Assembly: GCA_013115145.1 (NCBI GenBank)
Contig: JAAPAO010000317.1
Location: 1 to 40,132 of the forward strand
Reading direction: 5' to 3'
Origin: Perkinsus chesapeaki ATCC PRA-425
Lineage: Eukaryota; Protista; Perkinsozoa
Length of the DNA: 40,132 bases
The notes under the pieces are model-generated. The model had not been told where the DNA came from and ran no database searches. It saw nothing but the letters and a program-made list of their open reading frames with translations. This document shows, piece by piece, positions 1-12,514 of the stretch (its first letter is position 1; each line of letters opens with the position of its first letter). Position numbers and translations under genes: made by a program.

Positions 1-559
<559 letters not shown>

Positions 560-1384
560 TTAATAATAGTTATGGTTATTCTGTAATGATACATTATTCA
601 TCAATCTGATATAAAGCTTAATATCAAACTAAGCCCGCTCTTTCACAAAAAGGGGACATTTGTAACACAAAAAGATACTAAAGGGTATCTGACTTTGTTT
701 CATTGTACAGTACAGGTAGTTGAAAGCATATCCAATACAGGTAGCATATCCAATACAGTAATACGATAATGAATATAGACGACATACAATTGGCTAATGG
801 CTACCCATTACCTTGTTATAATATTGAAAATTATCACAACTTGCCAACTTTTTCTGTTGCTTTATTATCATCAGCACAATAAGTGTTTCTCATTCGAAAA
901 TGAACTGTAAGTTGTGTTTCGCTGTTAGAGATAGAACAACAGGAAAGGATTTGATGGACAAGCAACTTAACAAGACTATGACAACACAAAACATAATAAT
1001 GTGAAATATCTCTAATTGATACTGAGAAGGTTATTGTCATATGATGATGACTTAGTAACATACAAACGGCAGTAAGACATTATAATCATGTTACATAATA
1101 ATAATAAAGTGAATGAATATCATCATCATCATGATAATCATGATCAGACACATGGTAATACACTCCTCTATCCTCTGTAAATGCCATGTACTTCTTAATA
1201 GCTATAATGATGATGATGATGATGATGATGCTTTAGATATTTTGCTATTATCATTGTTATCATTGTTATCACGACGATCTTCCGGCGAAAGACATACATC
1301 GATACCACAACACTGAAGATGGAATGAAGGGTATTATTGATGTGTATTAATAATAATACGGAGCACAACTTGTTGTGTGTAGAG

Positions 1385-2985
1385 TAAATAAGCGTAGTGC
1401 AGGGAGAGTCTGTGCCTGCTTAGTTGTACATTGTGTATTTTGCGCGAATACGCCCCTGGGTGAGCGAGGTTCCTGATGGGAATCCTTCGCAACGCTTCCA
1501 GTAAAGCCTTGACTATGAATATCCCCTTATCCGCCCTTCTCGGATATCTGGAGAGACATACTTCGGGATATGCTTGACCCGTGCTACCAGGGGTCTTTCT
1601 GGGTCTATCTGGCTCCCTTGGTTCTCATGGCGTCCTCTAGCTGCGAGGTACCAGTAGGAATCCTTCACTGCTATCCCGGTAGTGCCAGATCTTGCATATC
1701 ACCGCGAAGCTGCCAGTTAATGTAGCCTCAATTCAGGGGGAACGCTCGTAAGTTCGAGGTAATCGCTGCGACTTGCAGCCTGCGAGCATATCTATGCATT
1801 CGTGATCGACAGGGGCTCTGTCAGAGAGTTAACGTCACGCTCATGATTCCTAGGACTCGCACGATGTTTATCACTTTCGGGGTTGAACTGGCTACGACAC
1901 TCCTGGCTCATCATTTGGTCGACCGTGTGGTCGACGGCGAAACTCGGAGAGGTTCGATGTTTTGTAACCCGTAGATCAAGTCTGATATGAGCACATTGAT
2001 AATATTAATTTCATTTGAGCTGTGCTTCCACGGTGGGAGTCCCACCCACTATCGAACACGCTGCCATAGCGACAGCAGAACGACTGTATACCACATTGTA
2101 TTGGATACACGTTCTGAGAGTCTCAGACTGAGACGGAATGCCGGGGAGCTGCATTGTACGTTCTGAGTCCATCCGACAATTGATTGATCCTTGAGACACA
2201 GTCTTGGAGCTATGCTGGGTTGCCTAACCCAAGCCATTAAACGGCCGCCGTTTGAGATGGCCTAACTCAAAGAGCTCGCACCTCTGACACGCACTGAGCT
2301 TGTGCTATGAGATTCGTTCACTGAGATGAATTCTTGGCAGAGCGGCTAAAAGCTAAGTTATGACTTTGTCGTTGTGACTTGGCTAGTCATCGCTGGTAAG
2401 TTACCAGTCATAACTACATCAGGGCAGTACATGGTGTAACTCACACCAGCACTCGCATTCATCCACCGTGGGCCACAGTGCAAGAGTCGCGTAAGCCTGA
2501 CGAATTGGTATGCGATATATGTCTCGTAGATTGCTGGAGAAAGTAGCCTGCATGCTCGGTGAGGATTCTGAAAAGCTGAGCCGTTCCTTTCGGTGGATGC
2601 TATCCGGTGGATCGCTTGCTCTACCTGTTGATGACTGACAATTGCAGCGCTTATTACGCCTTTGTTCTGGAAGGGACGGAACGCTTCATGACGAAAGAGC
2701 GTCATGAGTTATATGACAGGATTACTGGCAGGGTTTTCTTGCTTAGGTATCGTGGGAAGAGGTTGGGAGGAGCCTGGTTTGTGACTCATAGTTGGCTGGG
2801 CCAACTTGGCTCTCTACATGGATTGTAGTGAGCACGAGTCACTAACTGGGCTCGGCTTCGGTGTTGTCACTGGCAGCCTATAGGGAGATAATCCCAAACT
2901 TCTGAGGCTGTCTTGCCAAACAAGACATGCCGCCAACCAGGTGTCGGTCAACACCTTCGCCCTCTTCCCACTCTCCCGAAAAGAT
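1385..2985. mobile_element. GC-rich, stop-riddled foreign insertion (decayed mobile element or endogenised virus; class unresolved)
   Basis: Abrupt shift to roughly balanced base composition, with none of the host (TAA/CAT)n tracts or host-type introns. All frames are broken by stops. An 8-bp inverted repeat lies near the edges (GGGAGAGT 1402-1409 / ACTCTCCC 2970-2977). The minus strand has weak non-LTR-RT-like fragments (VSHQQVEQAIHRI...RWMNA; AACSIVGGTPTVE). Confidence 0.5.
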
Positions 2986-3636
2986 AGTGATTTAATGTAA
3001 GCAATGAAGTAGTAGTAAACTAGTACTACTTACTAATAATATATCGGCCATTAAATTAATATTATATCTTATATTATTTGGATCAGTTATATCAACAAGT
3101 GATTCTCGTACATCATCTTCCTTATCTAATGTACTAGTCGAAACTCGACTGAATGACGAATGTCATCATTTGATGATACCTTTTTCTCAGACTTATCACT
3201 GTTATTATGTTTATAATGTACTTCAATAATATGGTTGTATCTTAATGAAAATGTATGATGATGATGATTATTATTATTATGATGGTTGTTGTTGTTGGAT
3301 TATTGAATATGTATTCTATATGTTTACATAACAGTTAAAGGCTTCAATAAACGACTCGAAGCATCTTCAGTGAAATGATGTATCAATTTTGGGATAATAA
3401 CCCCTAATAATAATACTAATTAATATGTTAAGTTATAATACATAAAGCAACAACAAGTACAACTACCTAAACCAACTTCTTATTTAAATCTCGATGATGA
3501 TGATGTAGCATTATTATTATTATTGTGATGACGTATAAAGGACTCAGTCATACAAAAATAATAATGATATTATTATTGGATTATTGTTATTAACATGAAT
3601 AATAACTTGATTATTGTAGTAGTAGTAGAAGTAATA

Positions 3637-4995
3637 TTAGAAAGTGAGTTGATGCGTAAATGGACCGTTACTTATCATATGCCACCCTTGTCTGCCACTA
3701 AATGTACCATTAACCATATATATACTACCTATTAACAACAACAACAAAAACAACTATATTACTATTATTATTATATTGGATTATATATACCTAATTCAGC
3801 TTCATCAATCATAATCTCATTATCCATTTCACTATTATTATTATTATTATTATCATCATTATTATTATTACCATACTTCTTCTTCTCGTTGCTATTGTTT
3901 CTTGTTATTATATCGTTACCCTTTTCCTTTTCTTGTCTATTTAACCATTTCTTCATTTCTACATTATATATCTTGTTCAGTTTTTTAAGCCGACTTTTAG
4001 GTATGTTTGTTCCATCAGCCATTAATAAAGGTAATCCATTATCATCATATTTACTATATCTAAATATTAGTAAATATCATTATTAATATCATCATTATCG
4101 ACACACTATCTGAGCTACTGATCAGCAGCAGCAGCAGAAGCAGCTATTATTATTATTACTTTCCTGAATATTCTCCTACTTTAAACATCATCTTAGGATC
4201 ATCAACAATTAATGATGTTTTATTATTATTATCTTGCATTCTTTTTAAATACTTCTGCATTCCGATAATATTATTATATTTATTTGGATTTAATAATGTT
4301 CTAATCTCATTATGTAATATTAATAACCATTCATTATATAATTTATAACTTCTATCTTTATCCAATTGATAATGATATTTCATATATTTATCACCAGGTA
4401 TACATACACCAGCTAGACTAGCTTGTGGTATAGTTACTAATACATTAGTAGTAGTAGTAGCATTATTATATTTACATAAATTAATAATACTATCAGCATC
4501 ACTATGATCAGATTGCCATCCACTATTACTACCTACTAATATAATAACATCAATATTAATATATCATCGTCATTACTACTACCTAATTTACATGTTAATA
4601 AGCTTCTCGCTGCTTTAGTCATCCTTTCCTTGTTTAATAAGTGTTTACCTTCAATGTTATTATATCTGCTACTGCTACTGCTGCTGCTGTTATTATTATT
4701 ATTATTTGATCTAAATATTATTATTGTATTATACTATCTTGTATATCATTATTATTATTAGTTATTACTTTATTATTTTATAATAACCAAAACCAATATA
4801 ATTAACTAAACCATTATATGGTATATTAATCCATTTATTATTATTAATTAATAATCTACTTCCACTACATATCCTTTGTATCACCAAGTACATACATTCA
4901 ACAATCTTCAACATCTCATCATCATCATCATCATTGTCACTATCATTATCAGCCTGGATCAAGCACCCATCATTAATTATATTGATATTATCCAT
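3637..4995 (-). CDS. Multi-exon protein with a CysRS-type C-terminal appendage domain; N-terminal part weakly TruA/Pus1-like; true 5' end uncertain
   Basis: Spliced exons read MDNINIINDG...GLVNYIGFGYYK...ERMTKAARSLL...TIPQASLAGVYIPGDKYMKYH...DDPKMMFKVGEYSGK|YSKYDDNGLPLLMADGTNIPKSRLKKLNKIY...AELG|SIYMVNGTFSGRQGWHMISNGPFTHQLTF*. The YSKYDDNGLP...IPKSRLKKL segment matches the eukaryotic CysRS C-terminus. No HIGH or KMSKS motif was seen. Confidence 0.6.
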
Positions 4996-5002
4996 ACTAA
5001 TA

Positions 5003-5345
5003 TTAACCACAACAACAACAACAACAACTTATAATAATATTAACCACAACAACAACAACTTATAATAATATTAACCACAACAACAACNNNNNNNNNNNNN
5101 NNNNNNNNNNNNNNNNNNNNNNNNNNNNNNNNNNNNNNNNNNNNNNNNNNNNNNNNNNNNNNNNNNNNNNNNNNNNNNNNNNNNNNCACAACAACAACAA
5201 CTTATAATAATATTAACCACAACAACAACAACTTATAATAATATTAACCACAACAACAACAACTTATAATAATATTAACCACAACAACACAACAACAACT
5301 TATAATAATATTAACCACAACAACAACAACTTATAATAATATTAA
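5003..5345. repeat. ~31-bp minisatellite (TTATAATAATATTAACCACAACAACAACAAC)n spanning an assembly gap
   Basis: Direct tandem copies lie on both sides of the N run 5088-5186. Confidence 0.9.
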
Positions 5346-5849
5346 CACAATATTTATTATTAGTTGTTGAAATATATCTCATGATATACTATTATTACTG
5401 AGAAAGCTAATTATATAGCTTCTTTAATTATTAAGAGATGTAAGTAGTAACATAATAATCATGATGCATCATCCTTGTATATAAGGTTGCATCATCCAAC
5501 CCAATTCTTATTATTATCTTACCTACTATAACTTCTGACATTAGTAACTTCTGACTACTACTACTGCTGCTGCTGTTGTTGTTGTTGCTGTTGCCATTAA
5601 CTTATCTGATTCTGCTGAACTGAGCAAGGATGATAATGATGAGGATGGTGATGATAATAGGAGGGTATTATTATATGTATTCTGATAATAATAATAATAA
5701 TATGATAATTGAATAATACATAACCTATCTACTTCATTATTATTATGAGCTGATGATGACGAGGTTGTTAAAGGGCGGTGAGCTGATGATGTTAACGTTA
5801 ATGTGCCATATATCTAATAGTAATATCATTATGTTAACAATATGTTATA

Positions 5850-5968
5850 TACAACAACAACAACTGCAACTGCAACTGCAACTACAACAACTGCAACTGC
5901 AACTGCAACTGCAACTGCAACTGCAACTACAACAACTGCAACTGCAACTGCAACTGCAACTGCAACTA
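5850..5968. repeat. (ACTGCA)n hexanucleotide microsatellite with ACA/ACT interruptions
   Basis: Visible tandem caactg/actgca units. Confidence 0.9.
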
Positions 5969-5972
5969 CTAC

Positions 5973-6751
5973 TCATACTTCATCTAATTCATTTTTAAGT
6001 TTATCTAGTTCAACCTTCCAATTATCATCATCTTTACTATTATATTTATCTTCTTCTTCTTTTTGTTGTTGTTCTTGTAAGACCTGTCATAACATCACCA
6101 ATCCTTAGGTTATTAAAACTTATAACATTATTACCAACTGCCGCTGATCTTCTTCTTTATCAATAATACTACTATCCCAACAACAACAACAACTTGAATG
6201 TAAGCTAAGTAATGATATACAAGGCTGCTGCTGCTGTTCTTCTTCTTGTTGTTGATATGAATGATTAGGTGATGGTGGAGTAGTAATAGTAGTAGTATTA
6301 GAAGAATGGTTGTTATTGATGAGGATGGAAGAGGAGGAGGAGGAGGAGGGTATATTTCCCCCACCACCACCTCCTAGTAGTCTTGATGATGATGATATTA
6401 TATTATTTATTTTGTTATATATCCTTATATTACTATCCTTTAACTCTTCTCCTTCTTCTTGTTTATCACAATATGATTTTACCTTATTAACATTATTGGC
6501 ATCATCATCATCATCCGATACCGGCATCAAGACGCTATTATTGTCTTTACTTATTATTATATCACAATAAAAGGGTGATAATGATGATGATGCATTAACG
6601 ACTGCGGTCATATCATCATCATCAACCACCACCTCTGGAACAACGAGTTGAGCGCAATGTTGGTTAAACTCTGTATTATTTATTAATAAATTATAACTAC
6701 CATTATCATCATCATCTTTATTATTATCCCCTTCTCTATTAATATGACTAC

Positions 6752-6794
<43 letters not shown>

Positions 6795-8402
6795 TTTATT
6801 ATTATCCCCTTCTCTATTAATATGGCTACCACCATCATCATTATCCTTATTAGTATCCCCTTCTCTATTTATATGACTACCACCATCCTCATTATCCTTA
6901 TTATTATCCCCNNNNNNNNNNNNNNNNNNNNNNNNNNNNNNNNNNNNNNNNNNNNNNNNNNNNNNNNNNNNNNNNNNNNNNNNNNNNNNNNNNNNNNNNN
7001 NNNNNNNNCCCTTCTTTATTAATATGACTACCACCATCATCATTATCCTTATTATTATCCCCTTCTTTATTAATATGACTACCACCATCATCATTATCCT
7101 TATTATTATCCCCTTCTTTATTAATATGACTACCATCATCATTATTATTAACACTATAATCATACTTTGTTGTTATCCTATATTATTAATATTTTCTTTA
7201 TCTTCCGTTCTATATTTAATTATTATTAATACTTATAGTATTACCTTACAGGTACTGGCGGCTTTCTTATTGCCTTATCCTCTATTACCCATCTATTACC
7301 CATCTTTATAGCCTTATCCCTTCTATATTTAATATCATTAATCTATTATTATTAATATTATAACAACACTTATTATTATTTCCCACCTCTATTTCCCTTT
7401 TATTATTATATTCTCTTATATTATTTCGGACCTTATTTAAGGCTACCCTTCCTCTACTGGCAGCTACAGTATCCCAATCATTATAAGGTAACCTTCTTTT
7501 ATCCCCTTCACTATTGTATTCCATTTCTACATTTTTATTATTATCATCACTAATATGATAGGCAGTACTAGCGTATCGAGTTAATAGGTTTTCTGTAATA
7601 CAAGTAGTCCTATAATAGTAATATACATTATTTATAGTTATATAGTCATTATACTGATTATACTTACTTATTATTAACTGATCTTTTATCCATGTTTATA
7701 AATATATCATCATTAGGATATAATAAGGGTTTTTTTACTTTATATGTAGTTGATAACCTTAACAATCATATTATTAATATTATATTATTATATATATTAT
7801 TACTTATTAGCATCATATCTAGCCATAATAATCCTCTCTATATTATTATTATCTTCTACTTCTTTCTTCAATCTTTCCCTATTAATAGCCTTCCGTGCAC
7901 TATTATACCTGATAATAGAATATCCATAATAATACTGATAATAATATATAATAATTAATACCTTTCCTTTATTATATCACAATCTATATCTTTCTTGTCC
8001 CATTTACCAATATCTCGTAATGCTGTATTATGGCCTTCATTTAATGATACCTATTATATTATATTTACACAGTTTAATTATTAATCTTATAATATCACCT
8101 TTATACCATCTCTTGTTTTAATTAATTCCTTTAATTCTTCCTTATGTTTATTTATCGTATTTATTATATTATAATCTTCATTATTCCTATTACTAATAAC
8201 TCTATCTATCTTATTCCTTGATACCCTATAATCATAATACCCTATAATCCTATTATACCCCCATTACCGACTATTACAGTCTTTTGGATCGTATCTTCTC
8301 CCCTTGTCTAACTATCCTCAATCTATTACGTCTTTCATTCAATCTATTACATCGTATGGCATCGTCTGCTTCAGTAGGTGATAATCGTATTACTTTACTC
8401 AT
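5973..8402 (-). CDS. CEP295/Ana1-like coiled-coil centriolar protein (putative), multi-exon; 3' end approximate
   Basis: ATG 8402 reads MSKVIRLSPTEADDAIRCNRLNERRNRLRIVRQ, resembling the CEP295 N-terminus (LRLSPNEE...ERRRKLRLLQVREQ). A later exon reads SLNEGHNTA (cf. GEGHRQA), then WDTVAASRGRVALNKVR, a low-complexity middle region, and ...DNWKVELDKLKNELDEV*. Confidence 0.5.
6720..7140 (-). repeat. 51-bp coding tandem repeat encoding ~17-aa units (GGSHIN[K/R]EGDNNKDNDD), broken by an N gap
   Basis: The unit ccttct(c/t)tattaatatgactaccaccatcatcattatccttattattatcc is repeated. The frame change in the ORF track across the gap is an artefact of the arbitrary N length. Confidence 0.85.
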
Positions 8403-8466
8403 TATAACAACCGGTACAACAATACATCTGTCTATCACATGAAGTACAATCAGCTGTCTATAAAAA

Positions 8467-8539
8467 TGGAGAACCCGGGCATCGATCCCGGTGCCTCTCG
8501 CTTGCTAAGCGAGCGCTCTACCATTTGAGCTAGTCCCCC
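8467..8539 (-). tRNA. trnA-AGC: tRNA-Ala (anticodon AGC)
   Basis: GGGGGAC TA GCTC AAATGGTA GAGC G CTCGC TTAGCAA GCGAG AGGCA CCGGG ATCGATG CCCGG GTTCTCC A forms a full cloverleaf with the G3:U70 Ala identity pair and a eukaryotic Ala-type T loop. It is followed by a TTTTT Pol III terminator (8462-8466). Confidence 0.97.
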
Positions 8540-8666
8540 ATAATAAATTTATATTGCATGAATGGCTGGGTGGGTTATCTCTCTTATACTGGCTAAACCA
8601 GTGGAGTTAGGTAATGTGTGTACTATACTGTCCCTAAGCAGTTGTTCCCATTGTTATGGTATTCGA

Positions 8667-10478
8667 ATGTTATCATTCAACCAACATCATCATTATTTTC
8701 CTACATTAATATTAGCATTAATATTATTTTATAATAATATAATAGTAGCTGAGTCATATGATGATATTATGGATGATGATAATAAGTGTTTGGGTGCTAA
8801 TATAATTACACGTGGTAGTATACGAAAACCTGATGGACCACAAGTGGTAATAATAATATGGTTAAATATTATTTATAATATATAGTAATATTATCAGACA
8901 CTATTCCATTTTAATAATGATATACCATCTATTAACGATAACCACAACAATGATGATGATGATATACCATTTATGTTATATGCATCAGTACTTAGTGTTA
9001 GTGAAGGCCCTTATTGGTCCCCAGCGTTATTACCTCCAGGACTTAGTTGTAATAATATATAATAACTCTTGTTATTATGATGATCATTAGGTTTATCTTA
9101 TAATGATACCATTACTGAGAGGCTATTCCCATTCAAAGATAGCCTAAATACAGCTTTACCAACTAAATTTAAATTGTCCAATAATATATCAGCTATTGTT
9201 GTAATAAGATGATGCTTATTTAGTGTTATATATTATTATTATTATTAGTTACATAGTGCGGATGTTGCATCTGCTACTGGTATGCCATTATCAAGATTAA
9301 TATCTGAATTAGCTGCTAAAGATGATATGACTGATGTACGTCAAAAATATGGTTGTCAAAGGCTTTTATCATATACACAAACAGAGAAGGGTGTTACTGT
9401 AATATACATTATATTATTAGATTATAGACAACTATATTATTAGATATTAGCTGAATCATGTACACTACTATCACCCATGTGTGAGTTAAAATATATTAAA
9501 GGTCCTACACAAACATGTTCATTAAAACATGAAAAAAGAGGTAATAATATGATTATATAATATTATTAATTGATTATAGTAATTAGAAATATATGGTACT
9601 GGATCACATAGAGAACTATATACTAGCCTTAAAGGGGATGAAGGGGGGTCAACAAATATAGGTAATAATTATGTTATAGTATTATCTACTAATATAGTAT
9701 TATTACTATCATCAGCACTTGAATGGTTACCAGCTGAATTATTTGTTGATCCAGATGAGCTATATGATAATAATATGTATGGTGATACATACCCATTAAC
9801 TAAAGTTGTAATAATAATAATAAGTTGGATATATTATTATTATAATTATTATAGGATATTGAAGTACCATCATTTATGAATTATCCCTTACCAGTTATAA
9901 GTGATAAATATCCAATACCAGTACATACTAGATATACTAGACCAGATTGTCAGAAACCATTTGAGAATAATAAATCAATAATAGATGCACAAAGATGTGA
10001 TGGACATTATAGTAATAATAATAATAATATACAGCATAAGCAGCATCAGCTACTTGTTTTATTAAATAATAATAGGAGCATGGATAACATCACCAATATG
10101 GTTAGTATCTAATACATCCTCATCATCATCCTGTGCAGCTGAAAAGAATAATATTTATAATGAGCTCAATATTAATAGTAAAATAGGAGGATTAAATATA
10201 TTATTTAATAATAATACTACATTAATACCATTATGTGTAATAATAATATTTATTAATAGAGGTTATTATAGTATTATTATAGGTTATACCATCAAATCCA
10301 TTAGATATATCTATACCATCTGGAGATAGCAATGTAATATATATATTATAGGGAGATATATTATTATTATTATTAGGTGCGTGAATTTATATTATGGTGT
10401 TCTGGTATAATAGTAATAATCGGTGGTATAATAGTTATATCTAGTATTATTAAATATTCCCCCTTAAAGACTGATTAA
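8667..10478 (+). CDS. PIGX: PIG-X/PBN1-like subunit of GPI mannosyltransferase I, multi-exon
   Basis: N-terminal signal peptide (HYFPTLILALILFYNNIIVAES), then EWLPAELFVDPDELYD, DIEVPSF, PIPVHTRYTRP and LDISIPSGD. The C-terminal TM reads FILWCSGIIVIIGGIIVISSII-KYSPLKTD*. These match the PIG-X pattern (xPAGLYVDPYEL, DIEAP, LPVHxRYHRP, VPVG+TM). Confidence 0.8.
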
Positions 10479-10541
10479 TAATAATATGTTGCTGTTTCTA
10501 TTAATAATGCTGTTATTGTTATTATTATTATATATATAAAG

Positions 10542-11319
10542 ACTATTTATGACTTATTTTGCATTATTTAACACCAGGCAACAACTATCATCATCAACAT
10601 CAATAACAGTATGTGAGATATGTTGTGAATGTTATGGTACAATAAATCGTAGACCAATGGTAATAGTATCTTAAGGTTGAGCTAGTAAGATGCATAATAG
10701 GTTGTTTTAATTCTTAGATACTAGTTAGCTGTGGTCATACTATATGTGAGATGTGTTTAGATTCTCTAATAGCACATTCATTAGATGATCCCAGTAGTAA
10801 TAATGATATATATGATTTACAAACTGGGATTAATAAATTAAATCCGAATGCTACCATAAGGTGCCCATTTTGCCGGTAGTAATAATATATTAATTACACT
10901 ATTATTATTAATGTCAATGTTGATGTTATTATTATTTATAGAGAACATACTGAGATAGCCTCCATTCGACCCAATTATGTACTTATACAGAATAATCAAC
11001 AACAAACAAGGAGAAGGGGGAGCAGGAGGGAAGGGGATGATAAGGATAATAATAAAAGGTAATAATAATATTTAATAACTTATTATTATTATTAATAGTA
11101 TATCATCATTAAATATATGTAGTAGATTTATTAGTAGTATTAATACATATCTACCAATAAATGGATTATGTTGTGAGTTTAAAAGAAGTAAACCACCACC
11201 ACCATCACCACCAACACCAACACCAACACCACCAACACCAACAACAGCAACAGCAGCAACAACAGCAACAACAGCAACAGCAGCAACAACAGCAGCAACA
11301 GCAACAACAACAGCAGCAA

Positions 11320-11365
<46 letters not shown>

Positions 11366-11408
11366 GGCAGCAGCAACAGCAGTAGTAGTAGCATCACCCT
11401 GTAGTTGA
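10542..11408 (+). CDS. RING-HC (C3HC4) zinc-finger protein, putative E3 ubiquitin ligase, with a Pro/Thr/Ala low-complexity tail; start codon not identified
   Basis: Spliced CEICCECY...RRPM|ILVSCGHTICEMCLDSL...IRCPFCR|EHTEIASIRPNYVL. The last exon reads in the KPPPPSPPTPT...TATAATT...VVASPCS* frame. Confidence 0.8.
11191..11385. repeat. (CAC/CAA/CAG)n trinucleotide tract inside the last exon of the RING gene
   Basis: Direct inspection. Confidence 0.9.
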
Positions 11409-11611
11409 TAATGGATAAAAAGAATAATGGATAATAATAAAGGGGCATAACAGAGGATGAGGAGAGGAAGGAATAATAGTAGGAATGATAATAATAATAA
11501 AGATATACTATTAATAAGTGGTGGTGGTGGTCTCATTTATTATTATTATTTAGTTGTTATAATAATTATTATCTTTGTTGTTCTTGTTCCTCATTATTAT
11601 CATTTTCCCTA

Positions 11612-12377
11612 ATGTCATCATCCTCATCGTTATCGACTTGTACTAACAATAAGAGTATTAGCAAATTAGAATATATATCATATAGAGATGAGAAAGATTT
11701 AGAAGCCTTAAGTGAATTAATACAGAAGGATTTATCTGAGCCTTATTCGGTATTCACTTACCGTTACTTTGTTAATCAATGGCCACAATTAACAATGATG
11801 GTAATATAAGTAGTAGCATTATTAATAATATTATATCTATTGTAGTGTATGGATAATAATGATATAATAGGATGTATTGTATGTAGATTAGATGATCATA
11901 AAAACAGTAATAATTCATCAACTACTAGAAGGGGGTAGTAATAATAATACAGTATATAATATATTATTAATATAGGTATATAGCAATGCTAACAGTTAAT
12001 AATGAATATAGGGGCCAACATATAGGTACACATATGGTAGAATTAATATTACAGAGGATGAATAAAATGAATGCTGATGAGGTAGTAGTAGTAGTATCAT
12101 TATTATTATTATTGTTATTGTTAGTGTGTATTAGAGGCTGAGATAAGTAATAAAGCTGCTTTGGGATTATATCATAAATTAGGCTTTATTAAGACTAAAC
12201 ATTTACCAAGGTAATAGTAGAATTAATAATAATTGTATATTATTATAATACTATAATAATAGATACTATCTTAATGGATCTGATGCATATAGACTTAAAT
12301 ATTATTTTATGAAAAATAATAATAAAGAAGATAAGGAAGAGGGGAATGATGATGATGTTGATGATGATAAGGAATAA
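11612..12377 (+). CDS. NAA30: N-alpha-acetyltransferase 30 (NatC catalytic subunit, Mak3), 5 exons
   Basis: LIQKDLSEPYSVFTYRYFVNQWP; IGCIVCRLDDHK; GYIAMLTVNNEYRGQHIG; VLEAEISNKAALGLYHKLGF; RYYLNGSDAYRLK. All four introns are GT-AG and splice in frame. Confidence 0.95.
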
Positions 12378-12514
12378 GGAATAATAATGATAATAACCAA
12401 CAAGAAGTATTATATTGTTTCTATACTAATAATAATAAGTATTATAACTATTTAGTTTGTATAGTTATTACATTATAATTATGTATGTTATACCATAGTT
12501 GAGTAGTCTAATAA

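Noticed and set aside
796-804. Relic spliced leader (GTAGCCATT on the minus strand) upstream of enolase
   Set aside because: It is only a 9-nt match, the rest of the leader (TTGGCTCAAG) is missing, and it lies ~260 nt from the ATG, so it is compatible with chance.
3637-4995. Full cysteinyl-tRNA synthetase call
   Set aside because: Only the C-terminal appendage matches. No HIGH, KMSKS or Zn-binding catalytic motifs were found.
5753-6108. (LQ)n and (TA)n ORFs resembling zipper or mucin proteins
   Set aside because: They are translations of the (ACTGCA)n microsatellite and lie opposite the minus-strand gene block.
7010-7163. Hydrophobic 'MIIVLIIMMMVV' N-terminus of the 347-aa ORF
   Set aside because: It is a frame artefact of the arbitrary N-gap length. 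The repeat reads GGSHINKEGDNNKD in the frame used after the gap.
11072-11536. Poly-Q ORF (11161-11385) and antisense poly-L/poly-V/A ORFs
   Set aside because: Splicing from the RING exons enters the Pro/Thr/Ala frame. The other frames are by-products of the CAA/CAG tract.
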